64,000 bases of DNA from Callorhinchus milii (Eukaryota): assembly GCF_018977255.1 (NCBI RefSeq), contig NW_024704742.1, forward strand, positions 20,772,001 through 20,836,000, given 5' to 3'. The first letter of the stretch is position 1, and each line of letters opens with the position of its first letter. Below, one piece after another: positions 12,386-25,019 of the stretch. The notes under the pieces are model-generated. The model had not been told where the DNA came from. It ran no database searches and worked only from the letters and a program-made list of their open reading frames with translations. A program made the translations under genes and the position numbers.

Positions 12386-14365
12386 ATATCCCTTTCACCC
12401 TGCTCTTTACAATGATTCCCAATATAAAGTATTATAAATGTAAATAGAAAATATAACATGTTAAAACTTAATTTTATGTATTAAAATATAATGATCTCAC
12501 TGTTCCCTTCACTCAGCAAACACTAGCTTACTTCCTCTGTTTTATCCACTACACTGTCAGTCCCTGCTGGGGGGAGAAATCTCGATCCATGTGGAATTTT
12601 TCTCTCCTAGTTCTTTCTCCAGATTATTCCAATTAATTGCCCCTATGGGGAGTGTCTGGATTTTACCACTGTGGGAGAGGTCTTCCTGAGAATCCCAACA
12701 TTTGACCTAGGCTTAGTCTGCCAGACCATTTATCTTAAAATTTGATTGTGCAAAAATCTTAAATTCAGCATTAGTTTGGAAGCTACAGTACATAAAGTGA
12801 AATTTTGGCTTCCGAATTAAGACTGGATTTAAAAAATTGCCACAGTTCTGCACGTTTTTAGTCTTACTTTACATTACATTGAAATGTCTTTCATTTTAAG
12901 TCACATTGATCCTGCAGGTGAATACCAAATGCAATTCCATGCCTATGCACCAGTTGACACTATTGAGAAAGGTAAAGTACTCTGAGCACATTACTCTGTT
13001 TCCTTATCCTTGGGGATCCTTCTCCCACCCCTTCCCCCCAGGACTTTGAAGCCAACAGCCCTTATGATAGCCTTCACGGCCTGTTCTGTTAAATCAACAG
13101 TGGAGTGTGAACGTCACACTTTCTTTATGGACATCAGACACTTTCAGCCTCAGATAGCTCCACTGTAATCCTGTGAGGCAAACCCACACCGATCTGACAG
13201 ATTAATCTTAATCCCTAATTTATGGACCGTCACACTGCTTTCCAATTCCAAATCAAATTCCAGTCGTTAGTGGTTGGCATGAAGGTATTATCTGCTCTAG
13301 TGAAGATATATATATATATTTTTCAACTTTTTCAACTTTTTTAACTTCAAGATCGCATTCTTTCTTTAGCATTCAAGCTTCTTCTCACCACATCTTTAAT
13401 GCTGTGATGCGGAAAAATGTTTTGCTTTCTGTTTAGCATTATCGTACCCTGTTTTGGGTATGCTTATCTCTAGAGTATGCTTTGCATTTCTAATATCCAT
13501 TTTCGCTGTTTTATAGCAAACTTCCTCACTCCTCCTACAATTTCCACTCTCCTTCTCCCTGTGTGTTTTTGTATAATCTTTTTTTTCTCCTTTCACTTCA
13601 GTTTAATTGACCTATTTATTCATTTGGAGAAATGGAATTGTCTCACACTGTTTCCCTTGTTGAGCATTAGTAATGTGTTGTGGAACTATTGTGTTGTGAA
13701 TATGGGATTATTACAGCAGGACAACTCAGGGTTATTATTACTGTGATATTAAGTAATTCTAGAAAGCCCAAATGTTTTTGAAATAATGAGTAATGGGGTA
13801 GGAATTCTTTGGAGATGCCAGGGCTATGAAACATTGATAAAAGTACCATCATCCCTGTCAGGAATACAAATCGCTGACTATCCAGTGCCTTGGGACGTGA
13901 AAGGCACTATACAATTGTAATTGTTGTTGCTATATCATCAGAAAAAATAATAAAATTTCATTCAAAGAGCCAAATAGAAACAACTATAATTTCTGTCTTG
14001 TTAACAAAATTACAGCATTAGTTTATTCCCGAGTAAAGAAACATAATGAGCACTCAGAAATTTCTAAGCCTACATGGATAAATATATCATGGATTTTCAT
14101 TTTATCTAGTTATTGCAAGGTTACAGCTATCAATAATGCAAGATTCTATGAGCAACCAATTATTGTCATTAAACAGAATAAATTGTGCAAATATTTCCCC
14201 AATTTATTTTTGTTTTAGGTTTTAGATTTAGATTATCTCATTAGAGAATACTGTCTGAACTGTAATCTCCTGTTATTCTTGTAACATCTGTCTGACAGAA
14301 AGACAGAAAAGTCTCAGTGAAATATGGACAATGTTTAACATTGATTTGTCTACAGGTATAAAGTA

Positions 14366-14412
14366 AACAGGTTTCCTGAATCATAACAGGTATAACAGGT
14401 TTCCTGAATCAT
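14366..14412. repeat. 19-bp tandem duplication
   Basis: aacaggtttcctgaatcat at 14366-14384 and 14394-14412. Confidence 0.9.
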
Positions 14413-14477
14413 TGTCTCAATAGAGTGATGTTATATTGCACAGGTATGTCACGACTCCTCTTACCTTGGCACTCACA

Positions 14478-14870
14478 AGCTCAGTTGGTGGCTCAGTTGG
14501 TAGCACTCTTGCCCCTGAGTCAACATTTGTGGGGTTCAAGCCATAAGTTGGAACTTGATTTCATTGCCCAGGCTGTAACTTCAGTACAATCCTGAGAGAA
14601 TGCTGCATTATTAGAGGTGCTGTCCATTGGATAAGATCCCAAATTGAGGTCCTATTGTCCCGTTCTTCACATGGATGTTAGGATCCCAAGACAATATTTG
14701 AAAAGAGAAGTGCATTTTTCCCAGGGACCAGGTCAGCAATCCTTCAAGTACATTGGGACACTGCTGTGCGCAATTGCCTGCCGTGTGTTCAAATTAACTG
14801 CTGCATTTGCCATAGAATACATAGTCCTTCACCTGTGAAGCACTTTGAAGCGTTTTGATATTATCCAGAT
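14478..14870 (+). mobile_element. tRNA-Deu SINE with duplicated A box
   Basis: gctcagttggt occurs twice; ggttcaagcc B box; Deu core; ctgtgaagcacttt tail. Confidence 0.8.
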
Positions 14871-15606
14871 TTATAACAACAACATGCATTTTATATAGTG
14901 CCCTACACATGGGGCTTGTAAAGAGTTAAATGGAGTGATACGGCACATTACAGACTAGTTGGCTCAACTCGTCCGTGCAGGTGCTTACCCTTTACATGAG
15001 TCCCACCCCTCCATGTGCAAGGTTTATTATTGTAGTTCTGTGAATAAATCATTTATTTTATTACATTTGCAAGTGCTGCAAATGGAAATTTCCCACAAAA
15101 TTTCTGGGATGGATTTGTGAGCTGAGCCAACAGGTCAGCTCAGGCTTGGGGGCCGAGACTGGAGCAGTGCTGTCACTTGCCTCCAGCTTCCAAACTGCTG
15201 AATTATGAGTATACTGATGATCGGGCTGAGAGCAATGTGACCAGCGAGGAAAATGTATTGGCACTTCTGGTTGCGATCCTATTAATAGACTTGTCACTAA
15301 TACTTTACACCAACAATTTTGCAAGATCTGGCAAAACTAATGACATATGCATTTGAAATGTTAGACTGTGACACTTTTAATGATTATGTAATGCAGCCGT
15401 TGTATCATTGTATAATTGTAACTTAACTCTTGCAGGACTAGAGGTTCCTGACAGATCGTAAAGCAACCATTTTCTGTCACAACTGGAGACGCCAGGGATC
15501 AATCACCGACTTTAATGAAATTATTAGCTGTGGCAGCGGTTGGCAGTTGGGTCTTTTAAATTTAAAAAAGAAAGGGGTATTGAAGTGTAACACATACTGA
15601 TCGCCC

Positions 15607-15680
15607 AAATGATTGATATTTCCAGTTCTTACTTATCATGCCTGAACGTGATAAGCAAGAAATGGAAAGATCAATCATTT
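15607..15680. other. 74-nt near-perfect hairpin
   Basis: 34-bp arms 15607-15640 and 15647-15680 with 3 mismatches plus 1 G-U pair; loop cctgaa. Confidence 0.9.
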
Positions 15681-15691
15681 TGCTTTTTGTT

Positions 15692-15770
15692 ATCCTTGCA
15701 TTTGATATAGCATCTCATCACGTCTCAACAATATGGTAAGGTGCTTTATCAAATGCAAGGATTATTATTA
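15692..15770. mobile_element. Two SINE 3' tails fused in inverted orientation
   Basis: atccttgcatttgata ... tatcaaatgcaaggattatt. Confidence 0.75.
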
Positions 15771-16059
15771 TTTACTATCCAATGACACTATTTAGTTTAA
15801 TTCTATATCAATGCTCGTATAGAGCCATACAAAATAATAACGCACTATATCAAACGTAAGGATTATTACTTTTGCACCTATTCTCAACTAATATCTATCA
15901 CCATTTATGTTTCTGTTCCTTACCATGGTCTGAGCAGAAGATCTGTCAGTTGGATGTAATTTTATCTAATGGGTGGTCCTTTATGGTGAATCAGTCAGGC
16001 GAATATTAACAGTAGGTTTCTTACACCTATTTGATTTCCAAATCTCGCTGTTAAATATC

Positions 16060-16260
16060 AGCCTGGCTGAGTTAGTAACACTCTGGGTTAGACATTGTGG
16101 ATTCAAGCCTTCGCAATCACTTTGCAATCACAGTCCAGACTGCCTTTTCAGGCAGACGATGAAGATCTCATTGCACTATTTGAAAAATGAAGTGAGTTTC
16201 TCCCAGTGTCTTGGCCAACATTCCCAATGATAAAACTAGTCATTCACTGCATAGCTGTTT
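16060..16260 (+). mobile_element. Degenerate tRNA-Deu SINE
   Basis: ggctgagttagtaacac, ggattcaagcc, gagtttctcccagtgtcttggccaacattccc. Confidence 0.65.
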
Positions 16261-17653
16261 ACAACATAGCAACGGATAAACCATCAAGATGCTTCTACAT
16301 GAACACCACAATTAATATTCATACAGAACGGTTTACGTACATTTATATTAAAATATGTAAAAAGATATGAAGCCGCTCACCTTCGAGAACTCAGTGTTAA
16401 GGGATTCCTGTGGCATTTGAATATCAAACAGACTATTATTCACTTGATGTTTACAAGGTATTTTGCAATATCGATTAAATGCATTCCTCTTATGTGATAG
16501 GATTCTGGTAGAGATACTGCTCATCGGCATCCAACTCTTGATTCAAACAAGATTCCTCACAGGAATGCAAAGGATAGCCATGAGCAATAGTCATTAAAAA
16601 TACACAAACAGCTGCCAAACATTGCACATCTATTTGAGGTATGTAACAGTGAGCTTTAAGACCTCTGTAAGAACAGTATAATTAACTCTGTGACCTCGCG
16701 TACTCCCTTTCCAAGTTCCTAATTATATTATAGAACAGTGTAAAATACCAGTTGATTGTGTGTGTGGTGCTTGTGTGCTTTATATTGTCATTGGGACCCT
16801 ATTTTATCACAGTCTATAAAACACTGATGAAAATGTACTGGAGGGCCAACTTCTATCAAATCAAGCAGAATACACAAAATGGCACACATACACAAGATTG
16901 ATAACAGTAATAAGATTTTTTTTAGGTGTAATGGTTGTTACTGCCCTCAGAGTCTCCAAATGTCCTCCACTTTACTTGAAACAATAATAAATAAAACAAA
17001 CAATAATCGCCAAAATAATTGATTTTTTTTTTCCAGACCAATTATTTTGTTGACATCAGCAGTGATGTTGCAGCTGTTTCTATGTAGTACTGCCTTATGT
17101 AATTCTATGTATAGAGCTTCCTTATATATAAATATTTATATAATTCTGGGAAGCAGAAATAATGAGGTGAAAAACACAATGTTTTGCAATGCATTCCATC
17201 TGATAATTATCATATTAATCTATCAGGAAATGTCATATTTTTTCACTGCAAGTGCAATTAGGGGAAGGTCTGGATCAAAAGAAGATAGGAAGGAGAGTTA
17301 ATGAAGGTGATTGCTCACCATGGAATCTGATGTGCAGGATTTTCTACCTGGATGCCCTAATAGTAAATCTGCTTTGAATTTCTTTTCAAGTCATGCAGTA
17401 TTGATTGTAAATCCAATAGGCTTGCAAAGCAGTAGAGTTGCTAGATATCACCTCCTAACATGATGGTTGTCTCCTCTTCAAATCAGAGGAAATTGACTTC
17501 TTCCACTCAAAAACTGCGGGTGATGCTTCAGCACTGGCTGCCTCAGCAGTCGAGGGGCTAATGAAAAATTCATGATCTCCTGCCTTGAAAATCCACCCTT
17601 CTGCATCAGGATTGTGCATAATATGGCTGTATTTACATCTTGTGCATCTACCT

Positions 17654-19995
17654 GCCTTAATTGGTAGCACTTGCATTCGCCTCCGCTAAATTGTTGTTCT
17701 ACTCCAAGGACAACCCCAGCTTCCTCTTCTCCATCACGAACAGGCTCCTCCGCCCACCCTCTCATGCCTCACTCATCCTCACCTCAAATGCCAACTGTGA
17801 GGTGATGCTGGACTTCCTCGAATCCAAAGTCGAGGAAATCCGCTCAGCTGCCTCTGCCCCTGCATCTGCTACCCCCTGCCCATTTCGTCCTCCCACACGG
17901 CCCTACCTATCCCTCCCTCCACACCTTTGAACCTGTTTCACCCTCCTCTCTCATCACCACCATAACCCGTACGAAACCCACCACCTACTCCCTCAACCCA
18001 ATCCCTACTCACTCCTTACCTCCCAGCTCCACCTCCTTGCCCCTCTACTCACTGACATCATTAACCTCTCCCTGTCCTCTGGTACTGTTCCCAACCTTTT
18101 AAAAAAAACGCTGTCTTCACTCCTATCCTTAAAAAACCCTCCCTACTCTCTAGTCCCTAACTACTGCCCCATCTCCCCATCTCCAACCTGCCCTTCCTCT
18201 CCAAGGTCCTGGAACAAGTTGTTGCTTCTCAACTTCGCTCCTTCCTCTCCACCACTCCCTTCTCGAACCCCTCCAATCGGGCTTCTGTGTCGCCCACAGC
18301 ATAGAAACAGCCCTGGTCAAAGTGACAAATGACATTCTGTCCATCTGCGACCAGAGCTCCCTCTGCCTCCTCGTCCTCCTTGACCATTCTGCTGCTTTTG
18401 ACACCGTCGATCACTCTAACCTCATCCACCGCCTCACCTCTCACCTCAACCTCCACGGCGCTGTCCTTGACTGGTTCAGATCCTACCTCTCACACCGCCT
18501 GCACTTCATCTCCTAAACAGCTTCTCCTCTAGCCCCCGGACCATCTCGTGTGGTGTTGCTCAGGGCTCTGTCCTTGGTCCCCTCCTCTTCAATATCTATA
18601 TGCTCCCTCTTGGTGACATCATCCGCAGACATGAGATCAACTTCCACATGCATGCGGATGACACCCAACTCTATCCCTCTGCCTCAATCCTTGACTCCAG
18701 GACCACTGCTGTGCTGACAGAATCTCTGTCAGACATCAAGTCCTGGATGAGAGCTAACTTTCTTCAAATGAACATCAAAAAGACTGAGGCTTTCTTGATT
18801 GACTCCCATCAGTGCCTCCTCACCTCAGGCTCTGACAGCATCACCATCCATGGTTGCACACTCCACCTTGCTAAGCCAGTCCGGAACTTTGGGGTCTTGT
18901 TTGACCCTCAACCATCCTTTCTACCCCACATCTGCGCCATGACCCGCTCTGCCTTTCCCGTCTCTGCATCGTCGCCCGGCTCCGACACTGTCTCATACTG
19001 CAGGCCGCCGAAACCCTCATACACACCTTCATTACATCGAGGCTCACTATGCAAATTCATTGCTTGTCGGCTTCCCCAACTCCTCCCTCCATAGGCTGCA
19101 GATCATTCAGAACTCTGCAGCCCATGTCCTCTCCCGCACCATTCTTGCTCAACTCCACTGGCTTCCCATCACACAGAGGATACAGTTCAAGATCCTGGTC
19201 CTCACCTTCAAAGGCCTCCACGGTCTTGCTCCCCTACCTCTCTGACCTCCTAATCCCCTACCATCCTGCTCACTCCCTCCACTCAGCAGTCTCTTGTCTT
19301 TGCCTGCTTCACGTCCCCCACCTTGCTCGCCCCACTATCAGCGGGAGGGCCTTGCGCCACTCTGCACCCACCCTCTAGAATTCCATCCCACAGTCCCTCC
19401 ATCTCACCTCCTCCCTCGCCACCTTCAAGACCCACCCCAAAACCCTCCTCTTCAACCATGCTTTCAATCTCCCTGCTTCCTACCCTGTCCTCCACCCTCA
19501 CACACCCCGACCCCCAGTTTGGGTCCGTAACTCTGTCTGTCCAGCACCTTGGGATGTCCTCCCGATATGAAAGACTCTATACAACGTATTTTTGTTATTG
19601 TTGAGTCAGAAGGTTGTGTGTCCAAGCCCTACATCAATATTTGGAACTAATATAGTCCAGGCTGACACTCCAATGCAATGCTGGAGGTGAACGTGTCATC
19701 TTTGGATGCCATGTTAAACTGAGGTCCCCTCTGCCTGTCCAGGTGGATGTTAAAGACCATGGCACTTTTCAAGAAGAAAAGGAAATTTCTCCAGATGTCT
19801 TAGACAATAGCCCCCCAAGTGAAATTGATCACACACTCCATGTTTGTTTATGAAACGTTGCTGTGCAAAATTGGCTGCTACGTTTGCCACAAAACATATA
19901 GTCACTTAAATTACAATCACTTATATCTTGTGAAGCATGTTGAGATACCTCGAAGATGTGATAAGGCACTACATAAAATACAAGGATTATCATTA
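17654..19995 (+). mobile_element. tRNA-Deu SINE split by the L2 (head 17654-17677, body 19602-19995)
   Basis: aattggtagcacttgc before the L2 and tgagtcagaaggttgtg after it reconstruct the family head; Deu core and aaggattatcatt tail follow. Confidence 0.75.
17679..19603 (+). mobile_element. L2 (family B), 5'-truncated, ~1.9 kb
   Basis: [52 protein letters not shown]; (TTG)n tail. Confidence 0.92.
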
Positions 19996-20064
19996 CCTTA
20001 ATTGCGTTTCTATGAGAAAATTACTTTTCTACTAATTAAAATAACACCTTGGCTTGTGTGCCTC

Positions 20065-20250
20065 TGGGTCAGAGCATTGCAAGATCAAACCTTATGTCAG
20101 GAATTAAGATCATTGTCTTGTCTGACTGATATTCCAGATTAGTTTTGGGGAGCGTTACATTGTTAAAGATTCTCGTCTTTTTCAGGTGGAAGCTGAAGGT
20201 CCCATGATACTATTTGAAAAGAGAAGGAATTTATTCCAGAGTTCTGGTCA
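20065..20250 (+). mobile_element. Degenerate Deu-SINE
   Basis: ttcaggtggaagctgaaggtcccatgatactatttgaa. Confidence 0.55.
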
Positions 20251-20319
20251 TCTAATCCTCCTAATAAATTAATAATCCCTGCATTTTGACATAGTGCCTT
20301 ATCACATTTTTGAGATTAT

Positions 20320-20800
20320 GTAGGCAGGTTACGTGCATCCCTCTGAGGAGAGACAAAGAGAAATCTCCATACATATGTGGATATAGCGTCCAATTGCACA
20401 CTCGCCTTATAAACGAGAGGACCTGGGTTTGATTCCTGGGCCGGGTGAAACCTTAGGCATGTTTCCTTGCTCCACATGCCTTTGTTTACTGAATAGTAAG
20501 TAATTGGCAAATCGCTTTCTGGGGGTAATAATCTCTCAAAAAAAATGTGGTCACTCAGTCGATGATTGTTCGTGGGACAATTGGCCACTGTGTTTAGCCC
20601 ACAATATAGGCAGGTAATCCACTTTACAATATATTCTGTAGAAGTGCTTTGAGATGTCTCAATGACGGGATAAGGTGCTGTACCAAATGCAAGGATTATT
20701 ATTATATCTGGAACTCTCAGTCTGGTGTGGATACTCCTAAGCATGGTGTGTGTCAGACATCTGGCTGACCAAAGAAAAACATTGAGCAACAGACTTGGGA
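20320..20800 (+). repeat. Family X copy (modules B and A) split by a SINE
   Basis: gcatccctctgaggagaga resembles B; ggaactctcagtctggtgtggatactcctaagcatggtgtgtgtcagaca resembles A (7535-7590). Confidence 0.65.
20388..20705 (+). mobile_element. tRNA-CORE-like-Deu SINE
   Basis: gggtttgattcc B box, ccttaggcatgtttccttgctccacatgcc CORE-like block, aaggattatt tail. Confidence 0.85.
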
Positions 20801-20898
20801 GCAAATGTTTATAGCTTCAACCTCTGGTGGAATCCATTTAGTCTTCAGTTGAAATCAATATGTTTCATGACTCAAAAATACCTTTTTTATGAGGAGAG

Positions 20899-21075
20899 TA
20901 ATAATAATCATAATAATCCTTGCATTTGATACAGAGCTTTATCACATCGTTGAGACATCTCAAATATTGTCAAGTGAATTGACCGTGTACTTTGTGTGTA
21001 AAATATGGCAGCCAATTGGGCACAATTGGATGTAGAGTCCCACAAACAGTTGTGGATTCAGTGACCAAATTCTAA
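20899..21075 (-). mobile_element. SINE 3' half
   Basis: (AAT)n-ccttgcatttgata tail and ggcagccaattg Deu block. Confidence 0.8.
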
Positions 21076-21618
21076 TTTTTTGAAGATGCAGAATTTCATG
21101 TCTGAAGCAAGCGGTTTGCCAGGCAACAAATGATTTTACCAGTGGAGTGATGTTATCAGTGGCATGGTTTGAAGTCATGTGGCAAATAGAAATCTATGTA
21201 TGTGGCAAGCATAATTTTGTCTAAGCTTGCTGGTGGATTGACAGTCAGATGGAAAATGATCTAATTGATGTTAACGTGAATGTGTTCGTTGCTGATACAA
21301 AGGTAAAATTGTAACATGCTTTAGCTCAAGAATCTCTAACTCTATAGAGCATTGAAGGTTAAATTAAAATCACAGCATCCTCGCTGTTTGAAGCTCAGTT
21401 TGTCAAGTCGCAGACCTTGACATCCTTTGCCACGGCTTTTTTTAAGCTGCAAGGTAAATGTCTGGCCTTGTTACTCCACAGCAAACATCAGCAGGTCACT
21501 TAAAGCTCGAGTGTTTGGCAATTTAATTTAATAATTATGTGGAGTCCTGCAGGTCAGTGGATAGTGTAGCTCTAATATAATACGCCTTTCCAGTGGAGGG
21601 AGAGGTGTACTTCAAGCA

Positions 21619-22926
21619 ACCTCTCCCTTCACACCCTAGTCAAACCCCTCCAGTCCGGTTTCCGCCCTGCCCACAGTACAGAGCCAGCGCTCGTGAAAGT
21701 CACAAACAATATCCTCTCTATCTGTGACCAGGGCTCCCTCTGCCTCCTCGTCCTCCTGGACCTCTCCATTGCATTTGACACAGTCGATCACGCCATCCTC
21801 CTCCACCGCCTGTCCTCCATCATCCACCTCAGTGGGACCACACTGGCTTGGATCGAGTCCTACCTTACAAACCGCCAGCCCTACATTTCTGTAAATGGCT
21901 TTACTTTGCGCTTCCACACGGTCACGTGTGGGGTACCCAAAGGATCCATCCTTGGCCCCCTTCTCTTCCTCATCTATATGCTCCCTCTCGGTGATGTCAT
22001 CCACAGACACTGGGTTAACATTCACATGTATGTAGATGACACTCAGCTCTACTTTTCCCTTCCAGCTTGTCTGTTGGACATCAGGAGCTGGATGAGTGCA
22101 AATTTGCTGCAATTAAACGTCAACAAGACGGAAGCCATACTCTTTGGCTCCTGCCAATGTCTTCTGTCCCACAGTTCCGACCTCCTCAACCTACCTGAAC
22201 TGTCCTTAAAACTCTCCGAACCCGTGTGCAACTTAGGTGTCAGGTTCGATCCACAGTTACCCTTCCTCCCCCACATCCGGTTGCTGATCAGTACCGCTTT
22301 CTTCCACCTCCCCCACATTGCCCGTCTCCAACAATACCTCACCCCCCCCAAAAGCTGCCAAAGCCCTTGTCCATGCCTTTATCACCTCCCGGCTGGACAC
22401 TCTAACGCCCTCCTCCACTATTCACAAACTCAGCTCATTCAAAACTCCACCACTTGCATTCTCACCCGCACCAAACTTCATACCCCGATTACTCCAGTCC
22501 TTGCCAAACTCCACTGGCTCCCTGTCATAGAGCGGATCAACTTCAAGATCCTCACTCTAGTGTTTAAATTCCTCCATTCCTTGGAGCCCCCTTATCTCTC
22601 TAACCTCCTCTGTCCCCACAGCAGTACCCACTGCCTCCGCTCTACTGAGTCCGGCCTCCTCCGCGTCCCCCGAATCCTCCATTACACCATAGGTGGCCGT
22701 GCCTTCAGCCACTATATCCCAAAACTTTAGATCTCCCTACCTCAACCCCTTCGCCTCGCTTCCTCCTTCCCCATCTTCAGGTCGCGCCTGAAGACCTTCC
22801 TCTTCGACCGCGCCTGCGGTGACCTTCCCCCTCCCCCGAGCTCGGCCTCGGGCTCCGCCATTGTTAAGCGCTCTGAAACGCTGCCTGGAGTGGAGGGCCT
22901 TACATAAATGCAAGTTGTTGCTGTTG
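21619..22926 (+). mobile_element. L2 (family A), 5'-truncated
   Basis: RT motifs, family A 3' end gttaagcgctctgaaacgctg, (TTG)n tail. Confidence 0.92.
21693..22730 (+). pseudogene. L2 RT C-terminal half (345-aa ORF, decayed)
   Basis: LLDLSIAFDTVD, GVPKGSILGPLLF, YVDDT; has deletions and a frameshifted segment, and lacks the endonuclease. Confidence 0.9.
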
Positions 22927-23271
22927 TAGAGCGCTCGCCTCGCAAGCAAGAGACCTGGGTTTGATTCCCGGCCGGGCGAAATGTTGGACAAGTTTCCTTA
23001 CTCCACATGCCTCTGTTTACCTAGCAGTAAGTAGGAAGCCGGTTGTAAATCAATTGGCAGATCACTTTTTTGGGGGTAATAATTCCTTGGAGGAAAAAAA
23101 ATTGGTCACTTCAATCTATGACAATTTGTGGGACACTGCTGTACGCAATTGGCTGCCCGTTTCTCCCTCAAAATATACAGTTATTCACTTTACAGTATAT
23201 TCTGTGAAGCGCTTGAGATGTCTCGAATATGTAATAAGGCGCTATATCAAATCCAAGGATTATTATTATAA

Positions 23272-23969
23272 TAACAACAACAACTTGGATTTATATAGCT
23301 CCCTCCATGCCGGACGGCGTCTCAGAGCGCTTCACAGTAACGGATCCCGGGCCGAGCCAGGGGGAGGGGGAAGAAGGTGACCAAAGGTGCGGTGAAAAAG
23401 AAAGGTCTTCAGCAGAGACCTGAAAATCGGAAGAGAGGGGGTGAGGTGAAGGGAGTCAGGAAGGGAATTCCAGAGCCTCGGAGCATAGTGGCTGAAGGCA
23501 CGGCCACCGAGGGTGGAGCAGAGGATTTGGGGAACAAGGAGGAGGCCAGACCCGGTGGAGCGAAGGCGACGGGCACTGTTGTGAGGAGAGAGGTAAGGGG
23601 GTGCAGAAGATTGGAGAGATTTGAAGACAAGGGTGAGGATCTTGAAGTCGATCCTCTCTGGGACAGGCAGCCAGTGCAGTCTGGCAAGGACTGGGGTAAT
23701 CGGGGAGCAGAGTTTGGTGCGGGTAAGAATTCGGGCGACAGAGTTCTGGAGACCTGGATTTTAAGAATGATAGTGGAGGGGAGACCAGCGAGGAGAGCAT
23801 TTGAATAGTCCAGCTGAGAGGTGACAAAGGCATGGACCAGGGTTTCGGCGGCTTTTGGGATGAGGTATTGGCGGAGACGGGTGATGCATCGGAGGTGGAA
23901 GAAAGCGGTGCTGGTGAGGAACCGGATATGGGGGAGGAAGGATAATTAGGGATCGAACCTGATGCCTAG
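23272..23969 (-). mobile_element. L2 (family A) 3' fragment, TSD taacaacaa
   Basis: Very similar to the reverse complement of 4477-5173; taacaacaa at 23272-23280 and 23970-23978. Confidence 0.92.
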
Positions 23970-25019
23970 TAACAACAATGGAATAGTACAACCAAGAAAT
24001 AAAGGGAGTTTCAGAAACATCAGTGTTAAAATGACCCACCTGAAAGAAAAGTTTCAAGAGCAAGATTACAGCTTTGATGCTTTATTTTGCTCTTCAGGGA
24101 AATCATCTTTGAACTAGATCTTTGAAATACATTGCTGTTTGGGGGTGTAGGAGTGTGTGTCAAATAGGAAATAAAATGACAGAAGCAGAGTCCCAAAACA
24201 TAATGCTTGAATCGTACAAAAATAATTTGGTGTATTTGGGGAATTATCATTCCATTCAGGATTTATGCGTACTGTGGTAACTCTTCCTCCAAAATTTAAG
24301 CCATTGAGAATTTATGTTTGTTCTGTAGGATCAGAGGTATGCTTAGCTCAAAGCTCATCTTTCTATTATTTCGAAGGCAACCCATAGGATTTGTTCTTAC
24401 AAAAAGTCATTCGAAACTGTGGATTTTTAATAGGCTATGTTTTGCATATTGTGATGGAGACAGATAAAAAAAATGCTGAGAAAAAGTTTCACAGCCAATT
24501 TTTAATAAACAAAATCTGTTAACACAGTTATTTGTTAAAACCAGCACGAACAGTGATTGTAATTGGTAACAAACATTCACTTTCCAATAGCTATTGGAAT
24601 GACTGCAGTCTGCATTCAAAGACAAACAAGTTAGTTACTGGAGAGGGGAGACGGAGGAGGATTGTGTTATGTGTTATGAGAATTTTCACTGTTTATACTG
24701 TAATTATTACATCCCATAAAAATGCATTTTCTTACCAATGTATTGTTATTTTCCAATCAAGAGATATTTTAATTGTACTTTGTGTTTGAGAGGCTTTGCG
24801 TGCAGTGCTGCAGACTCGGTAACTCTAATCCACGGTAAATCCTGCGAAACGGTTTGAGGCAATTTAATGACAAGATGTATTGCTAAATCAAACACAAGAC
24901 ATATCTATTATTATCATTACCTGTCTAGGTAGGTCCATCCTAACTGTTAGGGCTTTGGCTTCGATGGTCAAGGATCTATTTATACTTCACGTTTATTGTA
25001 GATTAATGTAACCCCAGCT

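Larger units (their letters stand above)
21539..23270 (+). mobile_element. tRNA-CORE-like-Deu SINE split by an L2 (head 21539-21564, body 22927-23270)
   Basis: gtggagtcctgcaggtcagtggatag joined to agcgctcgcctcgcaag gives the family consensus head seen intact at 35059. Confidence 0.85.

Noticed and set aside
12918..12971. Possible 54-bp plus-strand exon (ctgcag / gtaaag)
   Set aside because: Modest splice signals, no recognisable peptide; expected by chance in 64 kb
21693..22730. Intact or domesticated reverse transcriptase
   Set aside because: 5'-truncated L2 with internal deletions, a frameshifted segment, motif substitutions and no endonuclease
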